Shown: positions 1 through 12,476, counted from the whole stretch's first letter. The stretch: 63,790 nucleotides of DNA, filler included, from Rhabdomonas costata (GCA_019059605.1; 33 parts of 33 records of this genome joined end to end with filler, not necessarily neighbours in it), one strand, 5' to 3'. A program made the numbers and translations. The notes: generated from the sequence alone by a model not told the origin.

Positions 1-1236
1 TTCCGCGCGTGGCCTCCCATTCGGCTCACCCCACCTTGCTCACTCGCACCGTATGGGGGGGGGGAAGCCAAAAACGAAAAAGTTTTAAGACAAAGCCCGT
101 GACTTCAAAAACACAGCAAGGTGAGTAAGAAGAAGAATGGTATTTCTTTTTCTGTGGTGGTAGCTCTTTTCGTCTCACCCAAAATAAAAGAGCAAAAGGG
201 GGCGTCTTCAGCGACAACCTTGCCATGAGACAAACAGTGCAGCATCATCTGTCCCAGGTACACACACAATACTGGTATAAGACACGGGGGTCACCCCTTC
301 CCCACCCTTGTAAAGTCTTACTATTTGGAGGTTTGGAATCACAAAGAATGGTAAGGATGCATTTGATACCAAATACCATCACAATGTTGCACCCTAAGAA
401 AGCTCTACCCCTTCCAACGGTAGGCGCAAGGACCCAATCCTGCCCACTTCGGTCTCCTCGCAACAAAGGCAAGGCAGCCGTGCCGAAGGCAGGTAAGGGA
501 AGGATATGGGCAAAATAGGTTTTAAAGAGCAGAGCGCAAAGGCATCGAACAGCGTTCGTGGGAATGAGGTCAGTGGAGGGGAGGGCCTTTGCACCCAGGC
601 AACAAAGCTTATTTTCTTTTGCTGGACCGGTTGGAGCCCAGCAATTTACCACACAGGCATCGAAGCCTGACAATCCTCTCGGCTTGGAGAAGTTTTCCCG
701 AGAATGCGACTGAGACTGACTCGGCGACTCCCTTTCCCAAAGTGGCCCACAGCCGTGGGCCGTCCAGCGTCCCTGCCACCAAAAACGTCAAAGGGAAACA
801 AACCAGAGCTTTATGTTGTAAGAGTACTCTGAAAACTGCTGAATTTCAGCTGCTTCACTTTCCAGCCGAGCACAACGGCCTTGTGGCCGTTTCGCGGATG
901 GGGTCAAGGTAGTGTCAGAGAACAGAGAGGAAAGCCGAAATGAACGTGGATGCACATTCAGCGGCATATGTAAAGTACGACGGCAGAGGGACCGCTGCCG
1001 TTTGTGCGCAAACCCACATTTTTGTTTGGGTCCAGTGGCAGCATAATTTCCCGAGCAGGCCAAAGAGATTTTGAGAGTAGCATGGCATCCCTTTTCCCAG
1101 ACCCTTCGCGAAGAATACCAATGGACATGCTTCTTCAGGGCCAAGAAAAAAAGGAGAAACGAACAGCACGGGCATATAGGAAGCAGCACGGCGTCAGGTC
1201 CATGGATAGGTAGGGGTATGGATGGGAGTTCTATTC

Positions 1237-1398
1237 TCAGCCATGGGTCGCGGTTCCGGGGGAATGTAGGAAGGGCTCCACGGCGGTGTCCGCCGCGGCC
1301 AGCACGGCGTGTTGGACGCTGGGGTCCAGGGCCAAAGGGCTGGGCGGGGTGGCCTTCCAGGTGTTGTAGTACTGCCCCGTGGACACTAGCGCAGGGTC
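1237..1398 (-). CDS. Probable terminal exon, C-terminus of a short-chain dehydrogenase/reductase (retinol dehydrogenase/WWOX-like)
   Basis: Acceptor gtgcacag|GAC; 54 codons DPALVSTGQYYNTWKATPPSPLALDPSVQHAVLAAADTAVEPFL...TGA; resembles the SDR tail pattern '(S/T)GxY(F/Y)...PSxxAxD'. No catalytic motif lies in this contig. Confidence 0.45.
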   Translation of the reverse strand, partial: DPALVSTGQYYNTWKATPPSPLALDPSVQHAVLAAADTAVEPFLHSPGTATHG

Positions 1399-1837
1399 CT
1401 GTGCACACCCGACGGGAAGGCACACAACAACAAGAGCAAATAACCCAATAGATGGACAGAACAAACTACCTCAATGTTTTCCATATCATTGCTGTTCAAA
1501 ATCAGTAGTCGCAACGCTTACCGCACCATCTGCTTGATCCGTATCGATTTGGTATGGATGCAACACTTACCAACACGAACACAGTAAGCACCAGAACAAA
1601 AGGTAAAATCAGCTGGCACACCGGTATGCAGGTGCCTTCCGTTCTTTCTCTTTTTGCAAATCAGCCCGGAAGCCTCCAAGCCCACTGCGGTGCCAGCCTC
1701 ATGGGCTCTACCCTTAGGAATGCTACGTACCCCCTGTCGAAAGCGCAGGCTCAGTATGCAGGCCTGCAACCCACTCATTTCGGCCCGAAAACGTCATCCT
1801 CACTCAATCACCAACCACACCAACCACACCCACCACA

Positions 1838-1937
1838 NNNNNNNNNNNNNNNNNNNNNNNNNNNNNNNNNNNNNNNNNNNNTTAATTAATTAANNNNNNN
1901 NNNNNNNNNNNNNNNNNNNNNNNNNNNNNNNNNNNNN
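1838..1937. other. Artificial contig-joining spacer (first of 32 identical copies, spaced about 1.94 kb apart; last at 61856-61955)
   Basis: N44 + TTAATTAATTAA + N44 recurs at regular intervals. The 12-mer places stops in all six frames, and the flanking contigs are almost all 1835-1838 nt, as expected for a length-sorted concatenation. Confidence 0.99.
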
Positions 1938-2483
1938 ACACTTAGAAAAGACCCCAGGCTTGCTTCAGCTTCACTCTCTCTACCAAAAGGCCCCTTTCCA
2001 ACATTAATTGTTTTGGACGGGGTATGTGCTTCGGGTTACAGCGTTCACGCTCTTTGAAAATCGTTGAGTTTTTACAGGAAGAAACACACGTAAAAACAGG
2101 GTGCAAATGTAGCAGCGGCACAGAGCACAGTTCATTCCAGTTGACTGAGCCATAGCCTCCACCGTGGCTGGGTGCCAGGCAGCTTCACCTGCTGTGAACC
2201 CTACAGCTTCTTTGTCCCCTGGCGGGATTCTCTTTGTGTAGCAAGTGGATCCTAGTTGATCTTGGCATCTCGCCATGCCGCAGAAGCAGTGACTAGATCT
2301 ACAGCTTCTGGTTTCCAGGGCGCTGAGCTTTCCTCACTTTTGGAAGTTATGAATTTTTCCGTTCTGTAGCAAAATTTCACAGCAGTGTTTGACGGACGGT
2401 GGTGAACAATTTTTCAGAGAGAGAATGTGTGTGGGAATGAGTGTGAGAGGAGAGAGACAGAGAAAAAAGAACGTGAGGGTGAC

Positions 2484-3750
2484 CTGCACGGCGTACACCG
2501 CCACCCCCGACTCCCGAAGGGCCTTCACCATCTCAGCGATCGCCGGGGGAGCGTGCCGCCACTTCAACAGCTTTTTGCCTGCTCCATCGCAATGTCGAAG
2601 GGGGTACGCCCCGAGGAGTCCTGAAAAAAACAAAAAGAAATACATAAACGGTGCAAACCTGGAATCGGCGTGGGCTATGACGGGGGCCGCACCCAATCAC
2701 ACAAAATGGTCTCTTATAGTGACGCACACGCATATCTAGGGACAATTTCACTTTGGAGGGGGGGGGGCGCTAAACCTTGGAATGCAGACAGGCACAGACA
2801 AAGCCGATGCATCTGTGCATTTAGTGCAAAGAACGGGGGATTGCTCCATGAAACTGATCAGTGTGTGTTGCCAAACAAGGAAAAGAAGACACACCAGCAT
2901 AGGCCCGAGGGGGGGAATGCGAATCGAAGTTCTGCTCGCAACTTGTGCTTTTATTTGACACGATGCATAAAGAGCAAAAGGCAGCAAGCAGTTGGAGGAA
3001 GGTTGTTCAAAAGAACTTTCACCTCCCATCCGAGTCAACACATACCATTGAATGGCAACGCAAAACACTCCACAGAATGAACCCACAGAACTAAGAAACT
3101 ATGGCAATGAGAACGCAAGACGCAAAAGCACTGCTCCTTTTTGGGGGACTGCACCGCTTCATACACACAGCGGTGCATGTTTATCCAGAATACCATCAGC
3201 GCAAGGTTGTGGCTTCTTGTAGTATCTTTCAAGGTGCCTCGGAGACAGGGGCCCTAAGAAGTTCTTGCCTTTTTTTCACAGCAAAAGTGCCACATAAACA
3301 AAAGTAGACTCCACTCATCCGCCATCACATTATCACAACAACATCGCCTCTGCCGCGAAAGTGGGCCCGGCTAGCAATGCACAGGCGGAGTCGGAGAAGT
3401 TGTCGAATCCGTCCGGCAAAATACGTGCCTTACCTTCCTCTTAGAACACTTCATTAGCACCTTGCAGTCATCGCCTGTACTCAACACACAAATATGCTCA
3501 AAATACGGCCAGGGCACGGCCTTCCCACCACAATCAAGGAAGCACAGCACACCTTTACAGTAACCGCCGAGAACAGCAACACCGCTGTGGCACGGGAGGG
3601 CTGGGGTCCGCCAGTAGAAACTGCCTCTGCGAGGCCCGTCCACCGCAGAGCCCCCGCCGCCGCCGTGGGCCCCAACAGCGCAGCCGCCACGGCGTCGAGG
3701 ACCTTCCGCTCCACCAGAGAAATCGGGAGATGCGGACGAGCAGAGAGCTC
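2484..3750 (-). CDS. Two exons (3750-3553, 2620-2484) of an ankyrin-repeat-like protein, with an apparent 1-nt frameshift in the second
   Basis: Acceptors caatag|GAG and tttcag|GAC, donors AAG|gtgtgc and CAG|gtcacc. The phase-0 join reads ...SAVTVK|DSSGRTPFDIAMEQAK, an ankyrin 'kD..GrTP..iA' motif. Confidence 0.5.
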
Positions 3751-4242
3751 CTATTGGGAGTGCAAAAAAAACCANNNNNNNNNNNNNNNNNNNNNNNNNN
3801 NNNNNNNNNNNNNNNNNNTTAATTAATTAANNNNNNNNNNNNNNNNNNNNNNNNNNNNNNNNNNNNNNNNNNNNGGGTGGGGGGTTACTCAATAGTGCTG
3901 TTGTTTTTCTTCAGCAGGTCGAACAGAAACTTGCCTGAAATGGAGGGGGAGCACTCAAACTCACCATTCAAAAAACCTACAAAGTATCAAAACAAGCACT
4001 ACTTTAGTCGTCCAGTTACGACGATTACGTCAAAGCATGACGTTGCAACCATACCAGTAGTAAGTAGTAATGTTACAAAAAATTACAAATCTGAGACAAG
4101 TGCAACCCAGAAGACAAGACCGAAGCCGGATTGCACACTGAAGACAAGTGCCCATGGGCCAACCTCCCAGTTACAAGGTCAGACCGGAATTATCCTCACA
4201 TTGTGAACCACTGGTCGCTGCGACAGAGGAGAAGGTCACTAC

Positions 4243-4410
4243 CTTGTTCGACTGTCCGGGGGTAGCCATCCAGGATGGCACTGTAACCCATTTTGCCGTA
4301 AAAAGCAGCGAAGAGCTCGTTTGTCACGGAGTCTGGCACAAACTTTCCCGCCTGCACAAAGTGGGTTGCCTTCAGTCCCAGGGCGACCGCGGAAAGATCC
4401 CCCTTGGCAC
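4243..4410 (-). CDS. Internal exon of an adenylate kinase/NMP kinase family protein
   Basis: ttcag|GT acceptor and G|gtagtg donor; translates to ...FVQAGKFVPDSVTNELF...ILDGYPRTVEQ, which carries the NMP-binding 'G.xVPD' and 'LDG(F/Y)PR..Q' signatures. Confidence 0.7.
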
Positions 4411-6528
4411 CTGAATTGGCAAATGAACCCGAAAAGTGCAAAAGTGCAGTCCAATGTAATTTCCAATGCCTTCCTTTCAAATGTCAACAGTTGCCCTTCA
4501 ATTGCTTCATAACTCCTGGCCCCACTTTAGAGATACAGGGAGGTGGGGATTGTATATATGGATGCCGTCGAAGAACCCTCCACTGGAGAGAGTCTTCGGG
4601 TTGGGATTCCCAGTTGCATTTTGCTGCTGTTTGAGCAATCCGTCCTACTGCACCCGACAGATTTCTGGCACAACATTCTTGAAGGAAATTTTTACTCATT
4701 TACCCTGGTTTTTATTCTACTGTCTCACTCAAGCGCTTCTTCGGACTTCTTCAGCGACACAAAAAAAACTGCACTCCATTTCTCATGATTTTTACCCACG
4801 TTGCCCATCACTGCAACTTATTGAGGTGCCTTTTTGGCAAACGCTGAATAGTCTGTGTGCTGCTATTCTGACTTTTATCAAATATAGAAAATCTAAAAGT
4901 GTAAAAAATGAACATCAAATTCAAGTTCAAAGAATGGGTAAATTGTGAAAGCTACAGGATAGGAAAAGAGCTATGACAAAACCCAATATCGTCTGATGTC
5001 TGTTTCCCTTCGCAAAAAATTGCACAAAACGAAAAAGAAAAGTCTCCCGAAATGGTGCTTTTGCCCGTGGAGCAGAGTCAAAACCATAAGTCTTTGAATC
5101 GACGTTCCCGTTCCCGTTTTTCACATCATCTGCTTACTTTAAAAACTCTGCATTTTTGCCCCGCGTGCCACCCAAACCCAAAGAGTTAAGGTCAGATTTT
5201 GATGGAAGTGCGACAGCGCTTCAGTTCTCAATTCTCCTCTTTCGAAGAATGAAATTTGCTTAAAAAGGCCAGTCACCAGGTGACTGTGCCGCCCACGATA
5301 ATTCCAGTCAAAAACGGACTACTTCTAACTTGCAACCTCACGAACCACAGGTGTAGCATCGTGAAGAATGTTCAGTGGAACCGAACAAAAACTGAGTCGT
5401 TGTTATCCTCTCTTCTGGACTTCACCTTGTATTACACTGGCTTTGCTTAACTTTCATCAAATGAACTGACGGGGTACCTTGGTAACGTGTTGCTTCTCTG
5501 CACGAAGACGTGCAGAACGTGTAGCACTTTCGAAAGTGTGACCAGTACAGAAAAGTGCAGGACAGGATGGGGGGATGCAGAAAGTGAAACAAAACCGGCA
5601 GCCTGCAGTTTGGCGATGATCTCCGAATCCGGAATAAAGGTATTCTTCTTCGCATCCCAGAAGCTGTCTGTCGAACCATTGAAGCCACTGCTCTTGAACT
5701 TCCCAATGTATNNNNNNNNNNNNNNNNNNNNNNNNNNNNNNNNNNNNNNNNNNNNTTAATTAATTAANNNNNNNNNNNNNNNNNNNNNNNNNNNNNNNNN
5801 NNNNNNNNNNNGTGGGTTGTGACATTTAAATCGGAGTCCCTTTGATTGGACCTGGAGTTTCGTTTTAATAACTGGTAAACTCTTGGGATGATGCAGTTCC
5901 TTTTGAAGCTTTGACGTGTTTGGGATTTGTTTTGAGTTGAGACATAGTTGTTTTCTCCCTAGAATATGCGGGATGATTTTTTTTGCAATGTTGGCATTTT
6001 TTTGTTAATTTTTGCGAAAACAATAACTGAACCAGTCTTTTTTTTGCAGAAGACGCCCGTCCTTTTGTGTTCTACGTGCCTGTCAGCTTTTAATTGTGCT
6101 GTTGCCTGTTTTCCTCACTGTTGGGGTGCTCGATTTCACCGTTATAAGCGTACGCAAGGGTCTCAATGCTCGAGCCTGGGGCTACCTCCCTAGTCGAAGT
6201 GGAGAGTTGGGCGTCCTCCCAATGAACAGATGCAGATGCAGCGCGACGGGGGGATGCAGGCACCCCATTGCGGGTCGCGCTCATGATAGCCGCGGGATAA
6301 CGACTGATGTTTCCACAGCTAATCTTTTAGAGTTCTCACATTCCTCACGTTCCTCTCTGATACATCTCAAATACCCTTAGTGCTTCTTCGCAAACAGCGA
6401 GGGTTCTTGCCAACCCTCATTCTTCAGGTTTAGGTAACTTCAGGTTGCAGAGCAGCAGACGGTGCCTCTTTGTTCGCGAGTGGATGAGAGGCGGGGAGTG
6501 GAGGAATAGGGGAATGGAAGGTTCGCAC

Positions 6529-7434
6529 CTTCTCCACGCCCTGCTGCTGCTGCTGCTTCGCGGCACTCTCCTCGTTGCCCTTGCCCAGCCTTGTGGCATA
6601 CTCCAGCAGGCCCTTTTCGGGGCTCAAGTTGTACGGGGTGTCCAGCCACTTCACCAACCCCCCTGCAGACCACAACAGCATCTCTTTTCAAAAACCCTTT
6701 CAGAATCCCAGCAATAGAAACCCATGAGTGACGCAAATACCATACCCAGTATATTCCACTGCCAGGCACTAATTCGCAGTAATTTGCAGGAAAGTGAACT
6801 GTGAGAACCAAAAGTGAAGGCGTGAGGTCTTTTTTCGCCATCAGTTTGGTTTTTTTTGCCAACTGGAGCAACGGTGCAACTGAGCCTTTTTATGCAGCAA
6901 TGCAGGCACCCGTGCCCTCAAAAAGGCAGTGAACCTTGCTCTTGTCACTTGAAAACAATGGGTTCACTGAACGAAAAAGATGTGTGTGAGTGTGAGTGTG
7001 AGTGTGAGTGTGTGAGTGTGAGTGTGAGTGTGAGTGTAAGTGTGTGAGTGTGAGGGGTCCTGATCAAGAAGACAGGAAGAGTGCTAAGCCGACGTAGGCC
7101 TGGGGTCTTTTGTATATACAGAAGGCCTCTCGAAACGCTTCGTGGCCAGTCCTTGGGGGAGAAGATCAAAGTGTGCCCACAAACAAACGAACAAGTAAGC
7201 GGTGGGTGGGCGTTCCTGTGGCGTCGTCGGGCAGCACCACGACTAGGTGGAAGGCCATCCTCTCCCCTGGCCCACTCTCTGCCCACAGCCGCACGACACC
7301 ATCCACGGCGGTGGTAAGCAAGGCAGCGCCGTAGGGGCGACGGGAGCTCCCCGAGACTCCCACCAGAAGGTCGTCCCGGCGCCACTCCACGGAGAGCACC
7401 TGGCTAGGGTGCGAGAGCTGCACCCGCCCAACCG
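6529..7434 (-). CDS. Two exons (7434-7189, 6662-6529) of a RAV1/DMXL (rabconnectin-3 alpha)-like WD40 protein, N-terminal region
   Basis: QLSHPSQVLSVEWRR...ALLTTAVDGVVRLWAES...AFHLVVVL...GLVKWLD parallels the DMXL pattern 'LxHPxxV..fsWR...LlT...D..cRlW.E...FH....V.WL'. Splice sites are phase-compatible GT-AG, but the first donor position is uncertain. Confidence 0.6.
6981..7053. repeat. (TGAGTG)n / TG-rich intronic microsatellite
   Basis: Tandem tgagtg units with tg slippage, read directly. Confidence 0.95.
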
Positions 7435-8319
7435 CTGTGATAAGAGGGGTAAGAAAAGGAGCAGAGAAAAAAGAGAGGGGGGGGGGTATTCAGGAAGTCC
7501 TTTTTATCACAATTTTAGGCCGAAATTTTGACGTTTTTATTTTCCACAATTTAAACTCCATAATTTTCTTTCTGAATCTACCCAAAATAGGAAGCACCAA
7601 TTCCGCCTTCAGACAATGATGACACCAGACCACATTCTTCTGCGCCANNNNNNNNNNNNNNNNNNNNNNNNNNNNNNNNNNNNNNNNNNNNTTAATTAAT
7701 TAANNNNNNNNNNNNNNNNNNNNNNNNNNNNNNNNNNNNNNNNNNNNGTTTTGTGGGGAAGGAGGGGAGGAGGCAATGCTTTTTTTTCTGGAGTTCGCAT
7801 ATGTAGTCCTTTTTGATGTAAAAAAAAGTCGTTGCTTCGAGCCAACGAGTCCCTTATAGTGGGCCTACCTGCCACTCCTAAACGCTTGACGGTATTGAAT
7901 GACTTTCATTTCCGATGTCCCCGGAAGTTGAAGAGTTGCACAGAGCCGGTGATGAGCGATGCTTCTGTGAAGTGGTGGAGCCCCTTCTCATAATCCGGTT
8001 GCTGGGGTGGACCCGACGCACAGCGGCGTACGGCTTCTAAGAACCATGCAATTTTCACGAATCGGAACTGCTCTTTGTCGGGCTCGCCAGTCAGCATAGG
8101 ATGGTTAATGAAGCCGCGGCTGCAACACCAACCTGTGCATATTACTGCTTCCTATGTCACTCGCTTGCAAAGAACACTTTTGGAAGTCATGTACGGTGAA
8201 CCTTGGTATCGCAGTCGACAACTGAGCTCATGCACACATACACACACCCGCAACACATCCCGTTATGACAACCCTGAATAATGATGCCTGGCTTCGCCCA
8301 AGAGGGGCTGCAGTATTGC

Positions 8320-8506
8320 GGAGGGGGGGGGTGCGTCAAACGGTCAAACGTTTAACGCCGTTAAACGTTCCACCTAAGGGCAATGGCACAGTATACCTAA
8401 CTCATTTGGGTATAACCGCCTCTGCCCCTTATAAAATAATGGTGCCCCAATCGATGCGCGAAGTTCCGTAACGTGTAGGGGCGTCAGACGTTTAACACCC
8501 CCTCCC
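8320..8506. mobile_element. About 190-bp element with imperfect terminal inverted repeats (MITE-like)
   Basis: Left arm gaggggggggGTG...gtcaaacgtttaacgccgttaaacgtt versus the reverse complement of the right arm gggagggggtgttaaacgtctgacgcccctacacgtt (21/27 identical in the core by hand alignment). The right end tttaacaccccctccc recurs exactly at 40143-40158. Confidence 0.55.
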
Positions 8507-8522
8507 ACTCGAAGGGACGCAG

Positions 8523-8662
8523 GAGCACATGGACGCTGTGGCTGGCGGGCATTATGTGCCCGGGGGAATCTGCGCACAGGGTGTGGACCACCTGCTCTGC
8601 CCCGAGTGCGGGGTGAAGTGGAAGACCACACAGTGCCACCTCGTGGACCTGCTTGGGCTGCG
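8523..8662 (+). CDS. Probable exon of an unknown Cys/His-rich protein
   Basis: gacgcag|GAG acceptor; GC3-rich frame EHMDAVAGGHYVPGGICAQGVDHLLCPECGVKWKTTQCHLVDLLGLR with a CPEC motif; candidate donor CG|gtactt. Confidence 0.4.
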
Positions 8663-10113
8663 GTACTTCACTTCATCTTCCCCAGCGCAGCCGATGAATT
8701 GAGGAAGCCAGAGGCGGGCGTACCCCTCTTTTCCAACCCGTCAAGTCCCCTCTCTCGTTCAAAAAAGATCCCGAGGATACCCTCGTACTTCGGGGAAAAG
8801 ATTGTGAGTGCATCTGTGTTGAGAGGGTGGAGTGGAGACAGGGAGGGGTTTATCGGAGAAGGTATCAGTGTATGGAGTGTCTCACATCCTGACGGATGTG
8901 GATTTGGGGGTCGGAGCGGTTGCCCGGTTGCATCCACCACCCCTTGCACACCGTGGAGGCTGGGCAGTTGGGGACAAGGAGTCTTGCGCTATGCTACCCT
9001 CCCCCGTGCCACTTCCGTTCCCTTTTTCTTGTTTTGTTCTATTTCTTATGCAATTTAGCATCACAATTTTGCAGATGGACGCATCCACGTTGTAAAGTTC
9101 TCCAAACGTTGGCGTTCAGTTCACGTATGTGTATACCATAGATCATACATCATACATCATACATGGGTGAATGTATGTGTGGGTGGTTTGCAAAAAGACA
9201 AAATATTAATCGATTTTACGTTGTGCCTGCATTTTCCCTGCCACAGATTCCATCTTGCTTTCACACACACACACCTATCTCACGACCCTAGATCCGTTTA
9301 TCCCGTTGCCCGCGCAGCATTTCCTATCGGGGGGTGCATCTGCCCCCGAATTGGTCAGGAGCGAAAGAAAAGGGATTAGACTGCGCCTGGCTTGGATTGG
9401 TGGTTTGCCCATGCCACACACACACGCTTCTCCTCTTCGTGCTTTGTTTTCTTTTAGCTTTGTTTTCATCATATTATTTTTTGTCCTGTCATTGGAATTT
9501 TCCCTTTACTCTCACCGACGGTGTTTCTTTTTTTCTTCGCTTTACCATTTTTCTTCCTCTATGCTGAAATGACCCCCTTGCCCCNNNNNNNNNNNNNNNN
9601 NNNNNNNNNNNNNNNNNNNNNNNNNNNNTTAATTAATTAANNNNNNNNNNNNNNNNNNNNNNNNNNNNNNNNNNNNNNNNNNNNCGTGTGGTTTCTGAGG
9701 TGCTGAAAAAATCGCCTGAAACCTATTTATGCAGCAAGTCCAAACAAAACGCGCTTGGTGATTGCCTGGTGAGGTTCAGGGAGGTTCTTCTGAGTCGACG
9801 ATGTTCTGGGCGCTAGATTTGCTCTGATGGTCACCACGTTGGTCACTTTCAGTGAATACTGAATAATGTACTGTACCAGTTGGCGTACAACCTAGTTGAA
9901 AAGCTCTTCATCAAAACTCTCCATGTACCCTCGTGTCACCTCATATCACCTCGTTGGTCTGTGTGCCTCTTTTTGGAGCCGCTTCTTGCCGAACACACCG
10001 GAGGGCTTCTCGATGGAATTTACACGAGCGCGGGAATCGGGGAACTCAGTGAACAGTGGATGAGCTGAAGGACACACAAGCCGAGATGGTGAATTCAGAG
10101 CAGGGAGGTGCAC

Positions 10114-10290
10114 CTCGGGAGCCATGAACTGCTGGGTCCCCGCAAAGCCGGATGTGAGCTCGTCATCAATCAAGATGCTATATCCAAAGTCTGCAATCTT
10201 TATGTCCGAGTCCCCACTGGGCTTCACGAGAAGGATATTCTGCGGCTTGAGGTCGCGGTGCAGGACGCCTTTCTTGTGAATGAAATCAAC
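10114..10290 (-). CDS. Internal exon of a Ser/Thr protein kinase (CAMK-like), subdomains VIb-VIII
   Basis: ggtag|GTT ... GAG|gtgcac, 59 codons: VDFIHKKGVLHRDLKPQNILLVKPSGDSDIKIADFGYS...FAGTQQFMAPE, with HRDLKPxN, DFG and APE intact. Confidence 0.95.
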
Positions 10291-12391
10291 CTACCACCAC
10301 GTGTACACAATACGCAAAACGGGAACGTACTGCAACAACCAACAGGCTGGTGATGATTCGCTTTGCAGTATTCTCGGAGTAGTGCTGCAGCTCGGCTATC
10401 CTCTGCAGCAACTGTAACTTAGTGAAAGTGTGGCGTTTAGAACTTAAATGCGTCTGTTAATTGTCGTTTTTTTTGCCCACTGTGAATCGATTTGAGGCAT
10501 TTGAGCAAGACTTATTCTTTGCAGCTACCAGGTTCTTCTGCGTGCATAGCACACATTTGAAAATTTTTGTGCATTTATTTTGCCCCACGGCTTTTTTGAT
10601 GATCAAATTCCTGATTTTGTTTGCCACGATGAATGTTTCCCGACAGAGGCTCACAGACCCCCAGAATCCCCCAGATGATGAGATCAGCTTCAATGCCTTT
10701 GTTTGGCAAGTTCGAGTGCAGGTTATGCAAGCCGTTTTAGAAGAAAATGTTTTCTATGATAGTCATTGTTCCCGGATGCTGCAAATTACTTGTACTATGT
10801 TCTGGTATAGAACGTTGAGGGATAGACTTCCACTCAAAGGAAAAGGAAGTTCCCAAGAACTGTGGTCTAAAGTATGGTAGAGAGTGATTTATGTTACAAT
10901 AATCGCTATTTTACCATAGGAATATGCTTTTGTTTGAATTACATGGGACAGATTTGCTGTTGATTTTTTGTATCATTGAAGCTTAATACTTTTGGTTTGA
11001 ATCAATTACATCCTATTGTCTCCTGGTATTTTCAACGAGTTCATGTTTTGTTTTTCATACAATTATTCAATTGTTTCGGAATAATTTTCGCTAAGTCAGG
11101 AATTTGTTTCCGGCTAACGTTTTGTTGGGATGAAGTGAAAATTATATACTGCCTTTTTCTACTCACAGCATCCACGTTTGAAAGCTAAAACACAAGGCAA
11201 AGTGAACAGCGACTTAGTCCTAGAGAGGAGATGAAACCAAGTGGGGACCATCTTGACACTTTTGTGCTGTGCTCGTCTGGTGCAAAAAAATGCAGCATAA
11301 TGATGAGAGTTATGCCTCGTGTCAGTCAATACCCTATGCCATCCAGCTTACCGACGTGTTTATGGTCATTGTTCCTTGCCAAGAGCGTGTTTAATTTCAG
11401 TTTATTAATTGACGAAATAACAGAATGAATGTTCCGAAAGCGGTGCCTTTTAACGATAACTATTACTGATGCCACGCGATGTGCGTCCCGAATTAGTAAA
11501 CTGAAATTAAACACACAACACNNNNNNNNNNNNNNNNNNNNNNNNNNNNNNNNNNNNNNNNNNNNTTAATTAATTAANNNNNNNNNNNNNNNNNNNNNNN
11601 NNNNNNNNNNNNNNNNNNNNNGGGTTTTGGGCCCGAGTCACATCAAAGTGGAGTTGCCCTATCCCCCTCCGTTGACGTTACACCGCTTCGACAGTGCGCT
11701 GCGGGGCACTGCGAGCTTTTCCAGGGAGTATGAGCACAGTGGCGTCTATGCGAGCGTTGCGGAAATTGTGCTGTCTTTCCCTACAGGCTGCTCGGAAACA
11801 AGTGATGGGCCCGCTTCGGAGTTTGCTCCTTCATCTTCGCAAAGAGCTTATGTGAGGTCTTCCTCCTCCCATCCAATTATCCCTACTTCCCTTTCCTTCG
11901 GGATGTTGACTTGATAACACTTTTTTTTTCGCAAAGAGAAACACCCCTGTTCCCCCAGAGATGCGGGTCAACTGTAGGGAAAGATCTGTGCTTATATCGA
12001 CCCACATATGATGCGCAGAGCTGTGTTTGGCACCCTTACATTCGATTAACAGAACGTCAGGCGTGGCAGAACGGTGCCATCTACATCATGTATCGCTGTG
12101 GACACCCGGATTTTGGGTCAGGGTTGCACCGGCCTCAAAGTTCAATGTGGGGGTGCTCAATGTTCAGTTCAGAGTTCAATGTGAACAGTTCAAATTCAAT
12201 TCAAAGTTCAATGTCATGTACACAGTAGAAGCATAAAAAATCCTTGAAAACCGGACCAGAATTTTATGTCGAATTTCAGAGCCCCGCCCCGCCCCGCCCC
12301 GCCATTGCCCTCTTCCGGTGCCCATTCCGTTCCACCTTTCTCTGTGATTTCTGTGTCTTTGCAACTGAACTGTTGTGCCGCAGTGGTTTCT

Positions 12392-12476
12392 TTCAATTCA
12401 ATTCAATTCAATTCAATTCAATTCAATTCAATTCAATTCAATTCAATTCAATTCAATTCAATTCAATTCAATTCAA
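12392..12476. repeat. (TTCAA)17 perfect pentanucleotide microsatellite
   Basis: Read directly; degenerate gttcaa-like units also occur at about 12140-12212. Confidence 0.97.

Noticed and set aside
788..1423. Long ORFs in the track (e.g. 788-1423, 18258-18848, 57440-57982, 41396-41902) as genes
   Set aside because: They are shadow or antisense frames of GC-rich exons, or run through obvious intron and microsatellite sequence, and show no recognisable motifs.
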